Shown here: positions 9,351 to 23,669 of the stretch, one piece after another
How the letters are laid out: the number at the start of each line of letters is the position of its first letter
Position numbering within the stretch: position 1 is the first letter of the stretch
Assembly (NCBI GenBank): GCA_964016885.1
Contig: OZ024750.1
Coordinates: 19,902,001-19,966,000 of the forward strand
Reading direction: 5' to 3'
DNA: 64,000 nucleotides
Source: Eledone cirrhosa
Lineage: Eukaryota
The notes under the pieces: model-generated
The model's input: the letters and a program-made list of their open reading frames with translations, nothing else
What the model was told of the DNA's origin: nothing
Database searches by the model: none
Made by a program: the position numbers and the translations under genes

Positions 9351-12300
9351 CATTTCTGGGGAGCAAGGAGTGGGTTGACACCTCATTTTAATTTTAATTT
9401 GGCGCGTGTAAAGCTTTTAAAATTGTATTTTTTTGCCTTTTCTGAAGACAAAGTATGGTGCCCAGTTTATAGTATATAACAACATTTTAACAAGGGACAT
9501 TATTTAAGCAAGTGAAACTCCACAAAACGACCGGAGCAAAAGTAGATGTGACGACGAGTTGAGAAACCCATAAAAATGATAATAATAGTAAAAGTATCGA
9601 ATTAAATATCATGATAATGGTAATGATAATGACAATAATAATGATAATGTATATAATATTATTATTTTTATTTTTATTATACAACGAGTTGATTTAGATC
9701 AAAGTAAAAACAACATTAATGAGATTTCTATTAGTACAAAGAATCGCAACGTTTTGTAGAATTTTTTGAATTAGTTTATATTTAATTGCTTCTTTGCTTA
9801 AGTAAATAGCCAGCATTGCAAATTAATTAATAAAAAATAATAAAGAAATAATTAATCATATTTATTGATTTCTTCAACGATATATTTTAGTAAAAAATGT
9901 TGAATCTAGATTTTCAATTTTATCAGATATCGCTACCTCATGTATCCATAAATTGTGTATAACACACATACACACTCAGGCAAATACATATATAAATATA
10001 TTTGAAAATCAATAAATGGAACTGCATGAGATAATGCGTCTTCATCCAGCTAATCAGGTATTGAACCAACAATCATGAGCTGAATTCACTAACCACTATG
10101 ACATCCGTTTTAGAAATAATTGTTTCTACTTTTGGCATAATGTTCACTTACACACCGTTATATCAATCTGAATTGGTATATTTAGTTGTATACATACATA
10201 CACCCACAGACAAACACAGCGTATATATGTATATGTATATATGGATCCTTAATGTTTACGCACAGAAATATACACACTAACACACGTTGTGCTTCTACAA
10301 TACGACGTTATTTTCCCTTTCACAATATATTTAGCCTTAGCTCTATATTTGTCTCTCTAAATAGTTTTTATCCAACTTTTTTCATACATTCAAACAGACA
10401 TTTAATTTGAACAAGTCATTTATATAATTATATCATTGAAATAATGTATTAAAATAACAGTCATACCTTCAATCAATTCCAACTGTTGGTAATCAGCATA
10501 AACTATACGTTTTCTCTTATACAATCACTTTATCAAAATACAATTTTCTCTTTTTATATGAGAGCCCCTGTATTGGGTAATCCTGATATATATGGCAAAT
10601 TAATCCGGGACTAAACAGATTTCAATGTGCATTTTCTATATCTCCTTAACTATACGTACTTATTGTAACTACTTATTTGTTATTCAATATCCGAATTATG
10701 ATTATCTCCATTTCCAGAACATAATATTTGGATCCTTTTGACATCTATCTTTGATACAATACCTCCGTCACCAAATGATAGGAATCGGTGCTCTGTCGTG
10801 CTATCAGATCACCATTTGTTGAGAGTTTTTATTGCATATATTTACACCGTTCATTTTTGACGATATCTCATAATGTCTGCATAATGCCAAGTGACTGAAT
10901 GATACAGCATAATAATGGGTAAGACTTATGAAACAGAAATAGGCATTAGATACACGGGTAAAATATATTCCATATTTTCTATAGAATGCCAGAATTTATA
11001 CTAGTTTATGCTGTATCTTCTCTTCATCTTTGTTTGAAACTATATTTTTGTTTGTTAGTAACACTGGATGATTCGAAAACTAACACTTTTGATGTGAAAC
11101 ATTCCACCAATTATACGATGTCTCGTGATTTTAATTCAACACGTGTTATACCAGAGCACTCGAAGTACATTGTAACTAGGTAACATCCTATTAACGATTG
11201 GATAAACAACTCACGTTTATCTGTAACATATATTTTAAAACTCGTGCAAATAAATATATTGAAAGTTCGATTAATATTTTCGGTACATAAAATTGAAATC
11301 GTAATTTAAAAAACAAAATTATATTAATCGTTATTTTATAAGGGAAAATATTCTGCATATAAGGTAAATTGTTATACTTAAAATATTTTACAACATATTG
11401 TAGTCTCAATGAAATGTCGTTTCAAGGAAAAAAAAAAACGATGAAAATGTAATTGGAAAAATATAATCATTCTGAGAAAGGTATTTCGATAAAAGCGAAT
11501 TTTGATGAAAGGTTGTTCAATCATATACCATGCGTCGAACACACTGATAATCTACTGCTTATACCCCGGGAGCGATGCTTACATATTTCGTCATTTAACC
11601 CTATTCCGGTGGAATAATTGATATGATGCTGAACACTCCACTAAATATTGTTTTGAAAATACTGTTATAAAAAGTATATTTAACACGTTCATAATCTTAT
11701 ATATAACGAAATATACTTTCAATTAATTAATGAAAAATTTATAGGAATTTAATAAACTTATTAATTATTCCTTTACAATGAAAAACGCTTGGAGATTTTA
11801 ATTTAACTAGGAGCACTTACAATATAGGACTTTGTTTAACAGAACAAGAGTCGGATTGGTGTGGTATGGTTTCAAACAGGTTAACCTAAAAACCTATGGA
11901 AAATAATATTATTAGGAAATAGAATCACTTCATTTATATAATTTTCAGTGACTCATATTGATTTTTCTCTTAGTACCGAAATGATTATATAGTTCACGTT
12001 TTGATGACGATATCTATAATGTGGTGATTCTTGTCGTGTTTGTACTCAAGAGTAGACGACGAACATTAAGAATGTTGTAAATATTCATGACTGCATTGTT
12101 TTGCGATGGTTGAACGAATCTAATGTATTTCAGAAAATGAATTCGAGAATAATGTACTGAGCTAAAAAACAATAAACTACTAACAACAAAATGTGTATTA
12201 TTAATATTAAAGGAAACGTTTATAAGAAATGTATATGAATGTATATAAAGAGACATGGGAAAGAGATATAAAAGCTGGTTATTAAAATTTGGAAACAATA

Positions 12301-13711
12301 TTAGAAAACTTGTTGTGTAAAAGTGACAACTGGGAAATTAATGTCAAACTTTGAAACCGTTCTCTGAAGCTTTTTCTTCAGAAATATTTCTTCTCCATAT
12401 TAACTAACGCGTATTTCCTCCATTTTGTGGTGATATTATTTCTTTGTCATCTTATTGAACACTATTTTTTTAGCAAAAATTAAATGTAGGAACACATTCT
12501 CTCTATTCCCTTGTAACCTTTAGGTTGGCACTTAAGAAATTATATTTAATAGTTATTTCAATTTTCATTCATAATTTTATTTCCTATTAGACACCAGTGT
12601 TCCTAATTTTTTATGCTAATTTTTCATGAAATCGTGCATTAAAAAATATATATAATTCCATCCATAATTTTCCATTGCAAAACTCTTATGAAAGGCTATT
12701 TCATTGTTATACATACTTACATCGTATTATATTGATTAATAAAATCAATTTTAGTTTTTATGATTACATTAGCTATAGGAAGATATGGATTAAATTAATA
12801 TCTCAGTGTTGTTTAGGAATCCCGAGTTCCTATTTTCTAATCCAGTATTGTATTTATAACCAATAATCTAAGATCTCCAAGAGCGGTAAATTGGCAGGAA
12901 CAGTAGCGTGCCGGAGAAATTGCCTTGCAATATTTCGTTGTTTCAAACATTAATAAAGTATGAGTTGGATACATGTGTGTAAATTAAAAATCAATCATTA
13001 CAAATGCTTAAACGACTTAGGGATGTGCTCATGAAATAATAAAGGGCCTTTTGTTAACAAAAGCTACAGATGTACAGAGATACAGCAAAAGTGAAACTTG
13101 TTTCGTAAACTTTCTATGGGTTTAGTCTCTGTTTAAATGTAGACGTATTTACAAATCGTATTACATACTAACTAATAGCATTATAATAATGATATCCACC
13201 ACATTCATAATTATATCATGAGTCCTGATATGAAATTAGGTATACATTATAAATTCGTTTGTGACTTCAACAGCCGTATCCACACCTATATTTCGGAAAA
13301 TATAGTAGTACACACATGAGGAAAAAAACTAGAATATGTTCATGTTTATATCAGATACACGCGGAATTAGAATAAATACGTTAATAATCAATAATCGAAT
13401 TGATACTGACCACCAACTACGAACATGTATGTATGTTTTTATACATATGTATTAATGTTACTTTTTGATGCAAGTACGACATTTACGTTCGAATGTAGTC
13501 TGAGGATACTGTATATAAGTCGGTATCCGACCTTCGTCATAATATCTAATATCGGGGATTTGGTTCTCCAGTATTTATATTGTCACATAAAAGCCAGACT
13601 GAAAGGCAAAACATAGAACTAGGAAACAGAAACAGAGCCAAGGTATAACATACAAAAGGAATTTCTATTGAATAAACATGCTTAATTGAGACGTTCTTAT
13701 GTAATGAGATT

Positions 13712-13880
13712 AGAGCAGTGGCGAATGGTTAAGTTGTTTGCTTCACAATCATTCGGTCCTGGGTTTGATTCTATTTTGAAATAAATTGGGCATGTGTCAC
13801 TTATCATAGCCATGAGTCAACCAATGCTTTGTGAGTGGAAGTGGATAGGACGAACCTCTTGGTAGCACATCGTACGACTT
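13712..13880 (+). mobile_element. old CORE-type tRNA SINE remnant
   Basis: tRNA-like head (GTGGCGAATGGTTAAG...GGGTTTGATTC) followed by TTGGGCATGTGTCACTT (CORE-like) and CCAATGCTTTGTGAGTGGA; a similar remnant lies at ~15560-15710. Confidence 0.5.
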
Positions 13881-14370
13881 GTATCTGTAATTCAAATGGC
13901 CGACGTATAATGTTACGCTGAATCTCCCCTGTAATTACGTTCAGGATATACTGTCAGCTTGTACTCTACAGACTTTCGGTTGGCTCATCCTGGGACTGCA
14001 GATAAACACACAATGATAGCAATAAGTAATGTATCACTGAAAGTACCATCACTGGTATGTGAAATACCCCCTTTCCAGCAGTGTGTTAAATATGTATTAG
14101 TCTTTCATTCCTCTTTGTAATTCTTATTAACTATAAAACACTGTATACTCGTTTATTATCTTAGTTAGCAAACTATAGAGATATATTGTCAACATTACAA
14201 AATCTGAACACAAAAATACAAAATGTGATTACGTAAACCATTGATTAATTTTCTACTTGTAATACTTCAGACTGATACATTTCAGACATAATTATCGAAC
14301 AATTAATTATCAAATTGTGATAGAATTAATTAAAACCAATATATGTTTTTTGAAACAATCTCCTCCAGTC

Positions 14371-14375
<5 letters not shown>

Positions 14376-14428
<53 letters not shown>

Positions 14429-14434
14429 GTGTGT

Positions 14435-14484
<50 letters not shown>

Positions 14485-14525
14485 ATGTATCTGTGTGTGT
14501 GAGAGAGAGAGAGAGTTAGAGAGAT
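14376..14525. repeat. compound (TA)n(TG)n(GA)n microsatellite
   Basis: Directly visible. Confidence 0.95.
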
Positions 14526-15713
14526 ACATACTCAGCAACTCACTGCATTTATTAAAAGTGTTTATATACAATTACATTTATTTAAAGAATTAAGTCCAAG
14601 CAGGAAAAGTATTATATTAAGTTAAAAATTCAGGGAATATTAACACATTAATATCAGAAATAAAGAAACAGTCTTTGACATTCTGCATTCAGGAATGGAA
14701 CACACAATAATGTTACAACAGAAATAGAGAATTATTTAATAGATTTTATAAGACATTTGATACCTGCCGCTCGCTTTATATATGTGTTTCAATACACCCA
14801 CTGGATCTACGATAGCAAACAGTATATATTTAAAGCTGTATACTTATCTAAAATATTTTGGTAAATTATATTCCAAATACTAGATTCATTATGAAAAACA
14901 TCTTATAATATTAATTCACTCCCCATCCTTGATTACTTTCAAAATACTTTGAACATCATAGGTAGTTTCATTCATTGGATATATGATGAAAGGGAGTGCT
15001 TAAGACGAACCACAGGATTTAAATGACACGCATTTTCTAACCCATCGATATAATGCCGTTATGTTTCTCGCGTAGTTATAATCGACCAGGGTGAGATGGC
15101 TGGACGTTTTGATACGCATACCTCTCGAACAGGGCAATAACGTGAAATGTGAGTGTTATATAAGTTATGTGATAGAATGGAAACTGAAATCCAAAGCCTT
15201 CGATATGAAGTAAAATTGATGTCTTATACATATATAAGTTAACATACTCCCCATTTTCTTCCCTCAGAGGTTTGGATTAAGAGGCCTCAGCCTATGTAAA
15301 TCAAACTGAAATGAAGTATTTAGCTAAAGAGTAACACGCCCAGTTCAAAGATGAAACGCACAAACCTATGAGCATAAGTCTAAACCACAGTTACTAGATA
15401 ATGGTCTTTCATCTACAATAAACAAGCAAACCAAATAAAACGTTTTGTTGAGCTAGAATGTTTGGATCCTCGTAAAGGACATTTAGGAAAAAAACAACAA
15501 CTTACATGTTATGTAAGTTACTCAATTTCTTACATGTAAGAGTGTGAACATTTTATAACAGAATGGATACGGTGTTTACTTCAAAAACATTAGTTCCCGG
15601 TATGATCCTATTAATGAGCATCTTAGGAAAATGTTATTACTCAGAAACCTATGTCATCCTCCAATGCATGATGAGTGAAATTTAGTAAACAGAAACTGCT
15701 TGGACGCCTAATT

Positions 15714-16093
15714 CATTTAGCATTTTTAAGGCAAGTGAGGAAACTGATCTGGTAACTTATCTGTGGATCCTAAAAAGGAAAAAAGTGCAATATTACCCTT
15801 TGATATAATACATTTAGCATTTTAAGGCAAGTGAGGAAACTGATCTGATAACTTGTCTATGGGTCCTAAAAAGGACAAAAGTGCAATATTACCCTTTGAT
15901 ATAATACATTTAGCATTTTAAGGCAAGTGAGGAAACTGATCTGATAACTTATCTATGGGTCCTAAAAAGGACAAAAGTGCAATATTACCCTTTGATATAA
16001 TACATTTAGCATTTTAAGGCAAGTGAGGAAACTGATCTGATAGCTTATCTATGGATCCCAAAAAGGACAAAAGTGCAATGTTACTCTTGGATA
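15714..16093. repeat. 96-bp minisatellite, ~4 units, derived from an antisense SINE body
   Basis: CATTTAGCAT starts at 15714, 15811, 15907, 16003; the last unit continues into GATTTGAACTCA (antisense SINE B-box). Confidence 0.9.
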
Positions 16094-16420
16094 GATTTGA
16101 ACTCAAATGACAAAACCGGAATAAATAACACGAAGGAATCTATCCAGTGCTCTAGCGAAAAGATGAATTTGACGCTACATGCCCGAATACTACAAAATAT
16201 GTACAAGTGATTGTATATTTTATGTGACTTTCTCATGGGTCGTGAGATAGCTGTGATAGAATAATAACTGAAATATTCAGTGATATTAACATTTTGTCAG
16301 TGAGTCCATATACCTCTATATTACAAATGCAACGAATTTTCTTCATTCTCAATCATTAATATTTTACCTTGTACGTTTCATATTTCCTTACTACATGTGT
16401 TCGTACACAAACATATTTAT

Positions 16421-16458
<38 letters not shown>

Positions 16459-16463
<5 letters not shown>

Positions 16464-16924
16464 TCAGGTTATCAATAATGTAGTGATAATATATCGTTAC
16501 GTTAGAGATGAACAGCGTACGTGCAGGTTTGCTCAACGAGTATAAATTATATTCCGGAGAAAATGTAGAAAGGATGAATATAAAATGAAAGTGCTTTTTT
16601 TTAAAAAAGGAATTTATTAGGTATTGACATATGTTTCTGTAACAGACGGAATACCAATTGAATTAACATCTGTCATACACTATCCCCTCTTGTTCTTCCT
16701 CTATTACTAATATAAATACTTCAATTTTTCAGATTTTATCCAATTTATCCAAAATCTCTGAAGAAGTGACAACTGATTATACATTTGCTATCAAATACTT
16801 GCTAACATTATATGATTATGCAAGCAGCGACACATAGGTATTCCGTCTGTTACAGAAACATATGTCAATACCTAATAAATTCCTTTTTTTAAAAAAAGCA
16901 CTTTCATTTTATATTCATCCTTTC

Positions 16925-16926
<2 letters not shown>
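16459..16926. mobile_element. fold-back insertion between (TA)n tracts; probable PLE pLTR remnant
   Basis: ~90-bp inverted repeat 16566-16655 / 16837-16926 with ~105-nt left extension; arm contains GGTATT...GAAA-CATATG-TC-AATACC. Confidence 0.7.
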
Positions 16927-16958
<32 letters not shown>

Positions 16959-17158
16959 AAGAATGAATAATAACAGGTAGACATCATAAAAAGGTAATTT
17001 ATTCCGTGTGCTTACAAATTTTTCCACGGTGGTACTACAGCCTAGTTATGCTATGTGCAAATTTAAAACTATTTGCAGAACTCAAATATCCAATGCTGTG
17101 ACCACCGTATATATATATATATATATTCACACACACACAAACACACACACACACACAC

Positions 17159-17192
<34 letters not shown>

Positions 17193-17651
17193 TATGTGTG
17201 TGTGTATGGATGTGTATGCATACGAAGTGAGAGGAAAGGCGAGATACATATGTATGTATATTTATGTGTGTGTGTGAGTGTATCTGCATATATGTTGCGT
17301 GTAAGTGTGTGTGAGCATCAGCCGTCACATAATCGTATAGCTATTTCCAAATCTATGACACTACAGCATATATAAGTGCATACTTACACAGCCCCATCAG
17401 CACACACATATGGATGTTATATACATACATGCATCATGTATATAACCTATTCACAAACATATAAAATACCTCCTTTATTTCAATAACATTTCTCCTGAAT
17501 CTAATATGTTACAAGCTGTGAAGAAAATATTTCACATGCAAAGTACGCAGTGCTTTTTCATTATTTGCCCATCATATTTTGAAGTGCAATATTTTATAAT
17601 TCTAAGACATCGGGTTATTTACATACAACCACAACACACCACAGACACTTG

Positions 17652-17733
<82 letters not shown>

Positions 17734-17774
17734 TATACAGAGAGAAAGAGAGAGGGAGAGAGTGCGAGAGATAG

Positions 17775-17835
<61 letters not shown>

Positions 17836-18140
17836 CAGAGATCATGATTGTTTGGGTGCATATATGTATATACACATACGCATACAGATATTCAAATTTC
17901 ACATTATCCGTCTACTACGTTGTTTCTGTATCCCTCTTTCTCATCTACCAATGCATTTCTGTTTCATTTACTAAGTTACTTATACTCTTTACCAAAATAT
18001 CTCTCTGAAAATACACATATACACGCATATGCCATCTATATTCATATTTACGTATATACACGTTCATATATTCATACACGAAATTACTATACCTTTATGT
18101 TTATATACACATATATTCATACGCGTATTTCTGTCTCTCT

Positions 18141-19235
18141 ACGGCACCTCCGGATATTCCTCACTGGTCAACCGGTGTGGGCCCTGTTTGTGAGGCGAGC
18201 CTTTCCCAGACTCGTCTCACTCACCGAGCTGCAATCCTGGGTCAAGCAAAGACCGAGAAAACTGGGCGCCTGGCACACCGAGTGTGCCCAGGCGCTCACA
18301 GCTCCTTGGCAGGCGGACCCGGCTGTCAGTGGAGAATCCACCTCGTCATTCTATAGAGAGCTGGTGGTTAGCAGGTGCGACGACGCCCTCGGAGAAGCCC
18401 TAGGCATGGAGGAAAACGAACTGGCCAACCTGTTCGGTAGGACATTCAGCCCGGGACCCATGGATAACTTCCAGAGGTCCCTGGCCTGGCAGAGATACCG
18501 AGGGGCTCTGCCCGTTCGAGAAAGGCCCTACAGACACGGGCGCCCGGGTAGGGACCCCTCGAAAAAGATCTGTCCCAGATGCGTGTACGACGAGGAAACC
18601 GTTGCACACTCATTGGTACACTGTCGAGCATTGCCGATATGTGGGGCTATGTCGAACAACTCCTGTCAAGAGTGGGAGCGATCCGGTTGACCACCGAGTC
18701 TATTGTAATGATCAAGCCGCCTCCCCTCTTCAAAAACGAAGGAGAGGCGGTGTTCTGTGCGTAATAGCCATGGCGAAAGAGGTTGTATGGTGGACGCGTC
18801 TGAAAGGACTGAGGTCAGACACCTTTCTCTCTGGCCAACAACCGGTCCGTTTCTTCCGATATCATTTCGGAAGAAGGATCAGGATGGAGAGAGAGGTGCT
18901 GCACCCCAGCCGTTTTTTATGAAAGATGGGTGAAAGTGGCGAGAATGGCCCGTGTGAATGGGCCTTCACTCTACATCAGGCTATAGGTGAGGAAGCTGAA
19001 AGACCAAGGGAACACCCCCTCTCTATGCTCCTGAGGAGAAGGGTTCCACACTTTTTTTCGGGGGTGTGTGCGACCCCCCAAGGCGCCTCCTCCCTATTGA
19101 GGATTTTGTTATAAAATTTATTTTGTTATATTTTATTTTATTTTTATACTTTTATATCTTGTTATTGCCTCCTCCATATTGAGGACGCCTTTGCATGTAA
19201 ACTCCCCCCTTTGTACTTGTCCCACTTTTGATGCC
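18141..19235 (+). mobile_element. 5'-truncated Tx1/L1-clade LINE: ORF2 C-terminus (zf-RVT-like) and 3'UTR
   Basis: ...SLAWQRYRGALPVRER...ICPRCVYDEETVAHSLVHC, then after frameshifts IADMWGYVEQLL, AMAKEVVWWTR, RWVKVARMARVNG; ends ~18986, followed by a T-rich UTR. Confidence 0.85.
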
Positions 19236-19860
19236 CATATATATTATATGCGTGTTAGTATTCTCGAAAAAATAGTTTAGTGATGCTATTTCCATGTGAA
19301 ATGATTCCGTATTATTCATTGTTTTGAAATAATATATCTAGCGATACGGAATCAACTCCTAGTAGAAGACTGTATAACAAAAAACATATGCACATACATA
19401 CACGGACACTAAATCTGTTCGAATAGTCGTGGAAATATTGTTACTTAGGGATTTGTAGAAATGGGTAACCTAGCTGTAATTCTATGAAAAAGAAAAAAGT
19501 GACATTTTTCTGAAAAGTGGGCTGTTATATTTAATGTAGAAAATGTGTAGATGACTAACATAACTAAGTTAATTTAGTACTGTGTCGGTATATATTCTAA
19601 TTTGTTCCAGCATAACCAAGACGAAGTTCAGATTGCACCTTCTAATGTACACAAAATCGCAATTTTGTTTAATAAATTTCAAGACGTACACAAATCAGCC
19701 CCGACACACACATAGACTTACGAACAAAGAGACGCACGTATATAGAGAAAGCATGAGAGAGAGATGTCGGGGGCGTTAATGTATATGAACATATATATAT
19801 CGCTGAGTGAAGAATCAGCTTCTTTTTCTCACAATTTTCTTTCCGTTTCTAGATAGATAA

Positions 19861-19917
19861 TGCGCCACCCTCCTTGCGCCACCCTCCTTGCGCCACCCTC
19901 CTATGCGCCACCCTCCT
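19861..19917. repeat. 14-15-bp tandem repeat (TGCGCCACCCTCCT) x4
   Basis: Directly visible. Confidence 0.9.
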
Positions 19918-20241
19918 TGTCTAACCCCACGGTCAATCGTTCCAATATTTTATCTGCCTGTCACTCATATAGAAGTTTGCACCCCGTCGACCACTTGCTG
20001 CTGGTCTCTGTTCTTTGAGGCACATTTTTCCTGTCTCTGACAGCAGTTGACCGTTTTAAAGGCTGCTCTAGCGATGAGTTTTCTTATTTTTATATGTACT
20101 CAAATACATTCTCACTTCGTCTCAATTAGAGACAACAATACTTTATTGTATCAAGAAAAGAAAATATTTTTCGGGTAAATTGTTGGATTTTTTCCAAATT
20201 TAATGGTTTCTTAGGAACTGTCAATGTTAATTTTAGGTTTT

Positions 20242-20303
20242 GCCTTCTGAAGGACCCAGGCTATCTTGACTTATAGTCCCCAGTGAAATATGTATATCAA
20301 CGT
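20242..20303 (+). ncRNA. degenerate hammerhead-like motif in a TA-flanked segment (~19800-20385)
   Basis: GCCTT-CTGAAGG-AC..GGCTAT/ATAGTC..GT-GAAA-TATGTATA-TC-AACGT; A9G change and a stem I mismatch. Confidence 0.4.
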
Positions 20304-20380
20304 TTTAAATAAACCTGAATCAACTGAATATGGCCTCCGATCTTTTATCCATATATACATACATGACACTCCCAAAGTAT

Positions 20381-20425
<45 letters not shown>

Positions 20426-20426
<1 letters not shown>

Positions 20427-20629
20427 CGAAGAAAATGTGGTAAGGAACCAGGTGGACCATAACGCACCAAAGTACTCAATACTTGAGGTAGTAGAGTGGG
20501 TAATAGGAACCAGTAAGACCCCGACAGCTGAGCTCAAGCCGTTTCGACGGCTAATTCTGGACGGCTAATTCAGTCCAGAATTAGCCGTCGAAACGGCTTG
20601 AGCTCAGCTGTCGGGGTCTTACTGGTTCC
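20426..20629. mobile_element. second ultra-short fold-back copy of the PLE family at 28381-30697
   Basis: Same termini as 4760-4950; junction carries an extra ACGGCTAATTC duplication; (TA)n flanks. Confidence 0.85.
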
Positions 20630-20661
<32 letters not shown>

Positions 20662-20691
20662 TACATATATATAGAGAGAGACATACACACG

Positions 20692-20750
<59 letters not shown>

Positions 20751-20787
20751 GTATATTTATATATATATATATATGTATATGTATATT

Positions 20788-20818
<31 letters not shown>

Positions 20819-21385
20819 GTATATATATGTATATATATATATGTATATATATATATGTATATTTATATATACATATATGTATATGCAAAAGTTATATTTA
20901 AAATTGTTGGGTTACAACGAGTAAATATTTTATAACTGATATAAAAGCACTCAACAGGTTTTGGAGTATTTTACGATATTAAATGTAGTTTTCATTTGTT
21001 TAATATCATATATGTATATATATATGTATATATCTGTGTGCGTGTGTCTCTATCATTCTCTCTGTATGTATGTATATATATACGTACAAGCTGTATACAT
21101 TCTGTAACGAAAAACGGAGCTAAATATGCAGGAAGATTATTCTCATTACATTCTATCGAACATCAAACGAGTGAGATACAATCAAAATATAATATCCTAT
21201 CTATTTCTCAAATTATATAAAATATTCTATTTTGTAACATTTTATTCTTCCTTTGAAAATCTATTAATTCCATGGCATATCAATCATCATCACATGTAGT
21301 TAATCATACTATGTATATATTCATATATTTATGTAAGATACTTTATGTTTATTGATTCTTTTATAGAATACTCTCTGTACCTCTC

Positions 21386-21446
<61 letters not shown>

Positions 21447-21646
21447 ACAGAGAGATCTGTGTGTCTGTGTGTGCGCGTGTGTGTGTGTGGATCTATTTGG
21501 AGTATACATGAAAGCATATACTAAATGTTTATATTCAATAAATATATCAGAGTGTGCTATCAGACAAAGAATATTGTTTCACTATGGACATTTTTATTCC
21601 ACACTTTACATCGTGAACATGTCACAGATACTGAGTACCGTTGTGA

Positions 21647-21693
21647 ATATCAGACATATGTCTCAATATCTGTTAATATCTCTTCAGTGACAT
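21647..21693 (-). ncRNA. type I hammerhead ribozyme with one core substitution (GAGA for GAAA)
   Basis: ATGTCA-CTGAAGA-GATATT(AACA)GATATT-GAGA-CATATG-TC-TGATAT; stems I and II close with G-U pairs. Confidence 0.6.
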
Positions 21694-21845
21694 AAACGCA
21701 ATATGTACCGGAGTGAAAATAGAGTACAACCCCTATAGATGTTGCGTGTTGAGCATTTGCTGGATCTTATATGCATAGAGCAAATTAAATACATCGGTGG
21801 AAAATAGTCACTCGCATACAGTGCGAATATAGCTGGTTATACTTA

Positions 21846-22010
21846 CCGTATTTCCCGGCGTCGAAGACCCTACTGTTTTCATAAAATAAGTCTCAAAAAT
21901 CTACAAGGAGTCCTGGAGGCAGAAGATTGTTTATTATTTTTTTTCAAAATTGTGGTTGTCAAAATTAAGGTGCATCCTCGAGGAAGCATCTTCGGCACTG
22001 GGAAATACAG
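21846..22010. mobile_element. MITE of the Tc1/mariner superfamily (Tc2/pogo-like CCGTA TIR)
   Basis: TIRs CCGTATTTCCCGGCGTCGAAGA / TCTTCGGCACTGGGAAATACAG with TA on both sides. Confidence 0.75.
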
Positions 22011-22134
22011 TAATTGGCAATAGTTCTAAGACAGCATTAAACATAATATGGTAGTATATGAAACATATATAGCAAACATATGAGTACCCCTTTTGTTTCG
22101 TTTTGAAAAATAAATATTTTACTCTTCTCTTCTG

Positions 22135-22292
<158 letters not shown>

Positions 22293-22559
22293 ATATATAT
22301 ATACATATGTAGCCGTTGAGAAAGCCACACAGCTTGTTCATGGTTTTACAATCTCTCATCATTCCATCATTCCACTGGTATGTACGAGTGGTATCTACAA
22401 TTTAAACTGTCATGTTTGTCACTCTTTATTTCCTGTTACATTTTCCTGGGATGTACATTAAATGTCTTTGTTACGAGTGTCTTTGATAGAGCCAGTCTGC
22501 ACCGGATAGACATAGGTATTGTAAGAGCTGCCAGAATACTTCAAGTTCCATGAGTTCCT

Positions 22560-22770
22560 CATACAATTAAACATGCGTTTTAATGTTTCTCGCTGTGGGT
22601 CCCTTGACAAGCTTCTACAATTTCTGTATCGACTGCACACATCATCAACCGCATGCATTTCCCGTCTTCCTCCACTGCCTAACGCCATGTATTCTGGGGG
22701 TAACACTGTTCTCTCCCTCCATCCACATTAATTTCCATTACTCCTCTTACCCAGTTATTTTAACCCTTCC
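22560..22770 (-). mobile_element. degraded 3' end of an RTE-like LINE
   Basis: WVRGVMEINVDGGR..., PQNTWR*AVEED, AVDTE resemble the GRPRKTW...V..D...A.DR C-terminal motif. Confidence 0.4.
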
Positions 22771-22911
22771 CTAACACATAACGCATCCATAGCATTCCAC
22801 TTTCCCCAACAAAATACTAGTGAACCATTGGCTGAAGAAAGATTGGCTGCAGTGCAATGGATTGGAAAACATTGTTCTTGTAAATAAAGTAGGAAATGTG
22901 TATCTAATAAT

Positions 22912-23035
22912 ATTGTTTCTACTTTTGGCAAAAGGCCGGCAAATATCCCAGTACATTACTGGTACTTTATTTGATCGACACGCGTAAGGATGAAAAGCAA
23001 AGTTAACGTCGGCAGGATTTGAAATCAGACCATCT
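22912..23035 (-). mobile_element. partial SINE (another partial + copy at ~23298-23380)
   Basis: Family tail and central domain. Confidence 0.75.
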
Positions 23036-23374
23036 CACAATAAAAAAAAATGAGGATGAGGAGTTTCTCGTCATATTCCGTAAAATATTCTTTGTCTTGT
23101 ATATATGTATATAATTATATATATACATATATATGCAATTAACAGTAGCCATATATTCTGAATTGTTTAGATGTCTACATATTAAATATATGTATATGTT
23201 TATAAACATTAGTGCAGTCTCGGATACACTCTCTCCCTCTCTGTACATATATAAATTTAACTTAGTCTTCGACTGTTAGCAGACTACATTATATATTTCA
23301 CCCTTATGTGGTCGAGAAAATAAAGTACTAGCAATGTACTGGGATATTTGCTGGCCATTGTGCCAAACATAGAA

Positions 23375-23414
<40 letters not shown>

Positions 23415-23504
23415 CTGTGTGTGTGTTGTGTGTGTATATATATATGTGTGTAGGCGTGTGCGTGTGCATGTATGTGTGGTGTGTATATATATGTGTGTGT
23501 GTGT

Positions 23505-23606
<102 letters not shown>

Positions 23607-23669
23607 TATCAATATGAGTTAGTAACTCTGTATTTTATTTGTATAATATATATATATATATATAATATA

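Noticed and set aside
15714-16093. CRISPR-like array
   Set aside because: Units repeat in full with no unique spacers; eukaryotic context; no cas genes.
22313-22350. TTGAGAA followed by an AGCCA/TGGTT stem
   Set aside because: No GAAA or stem III follows.
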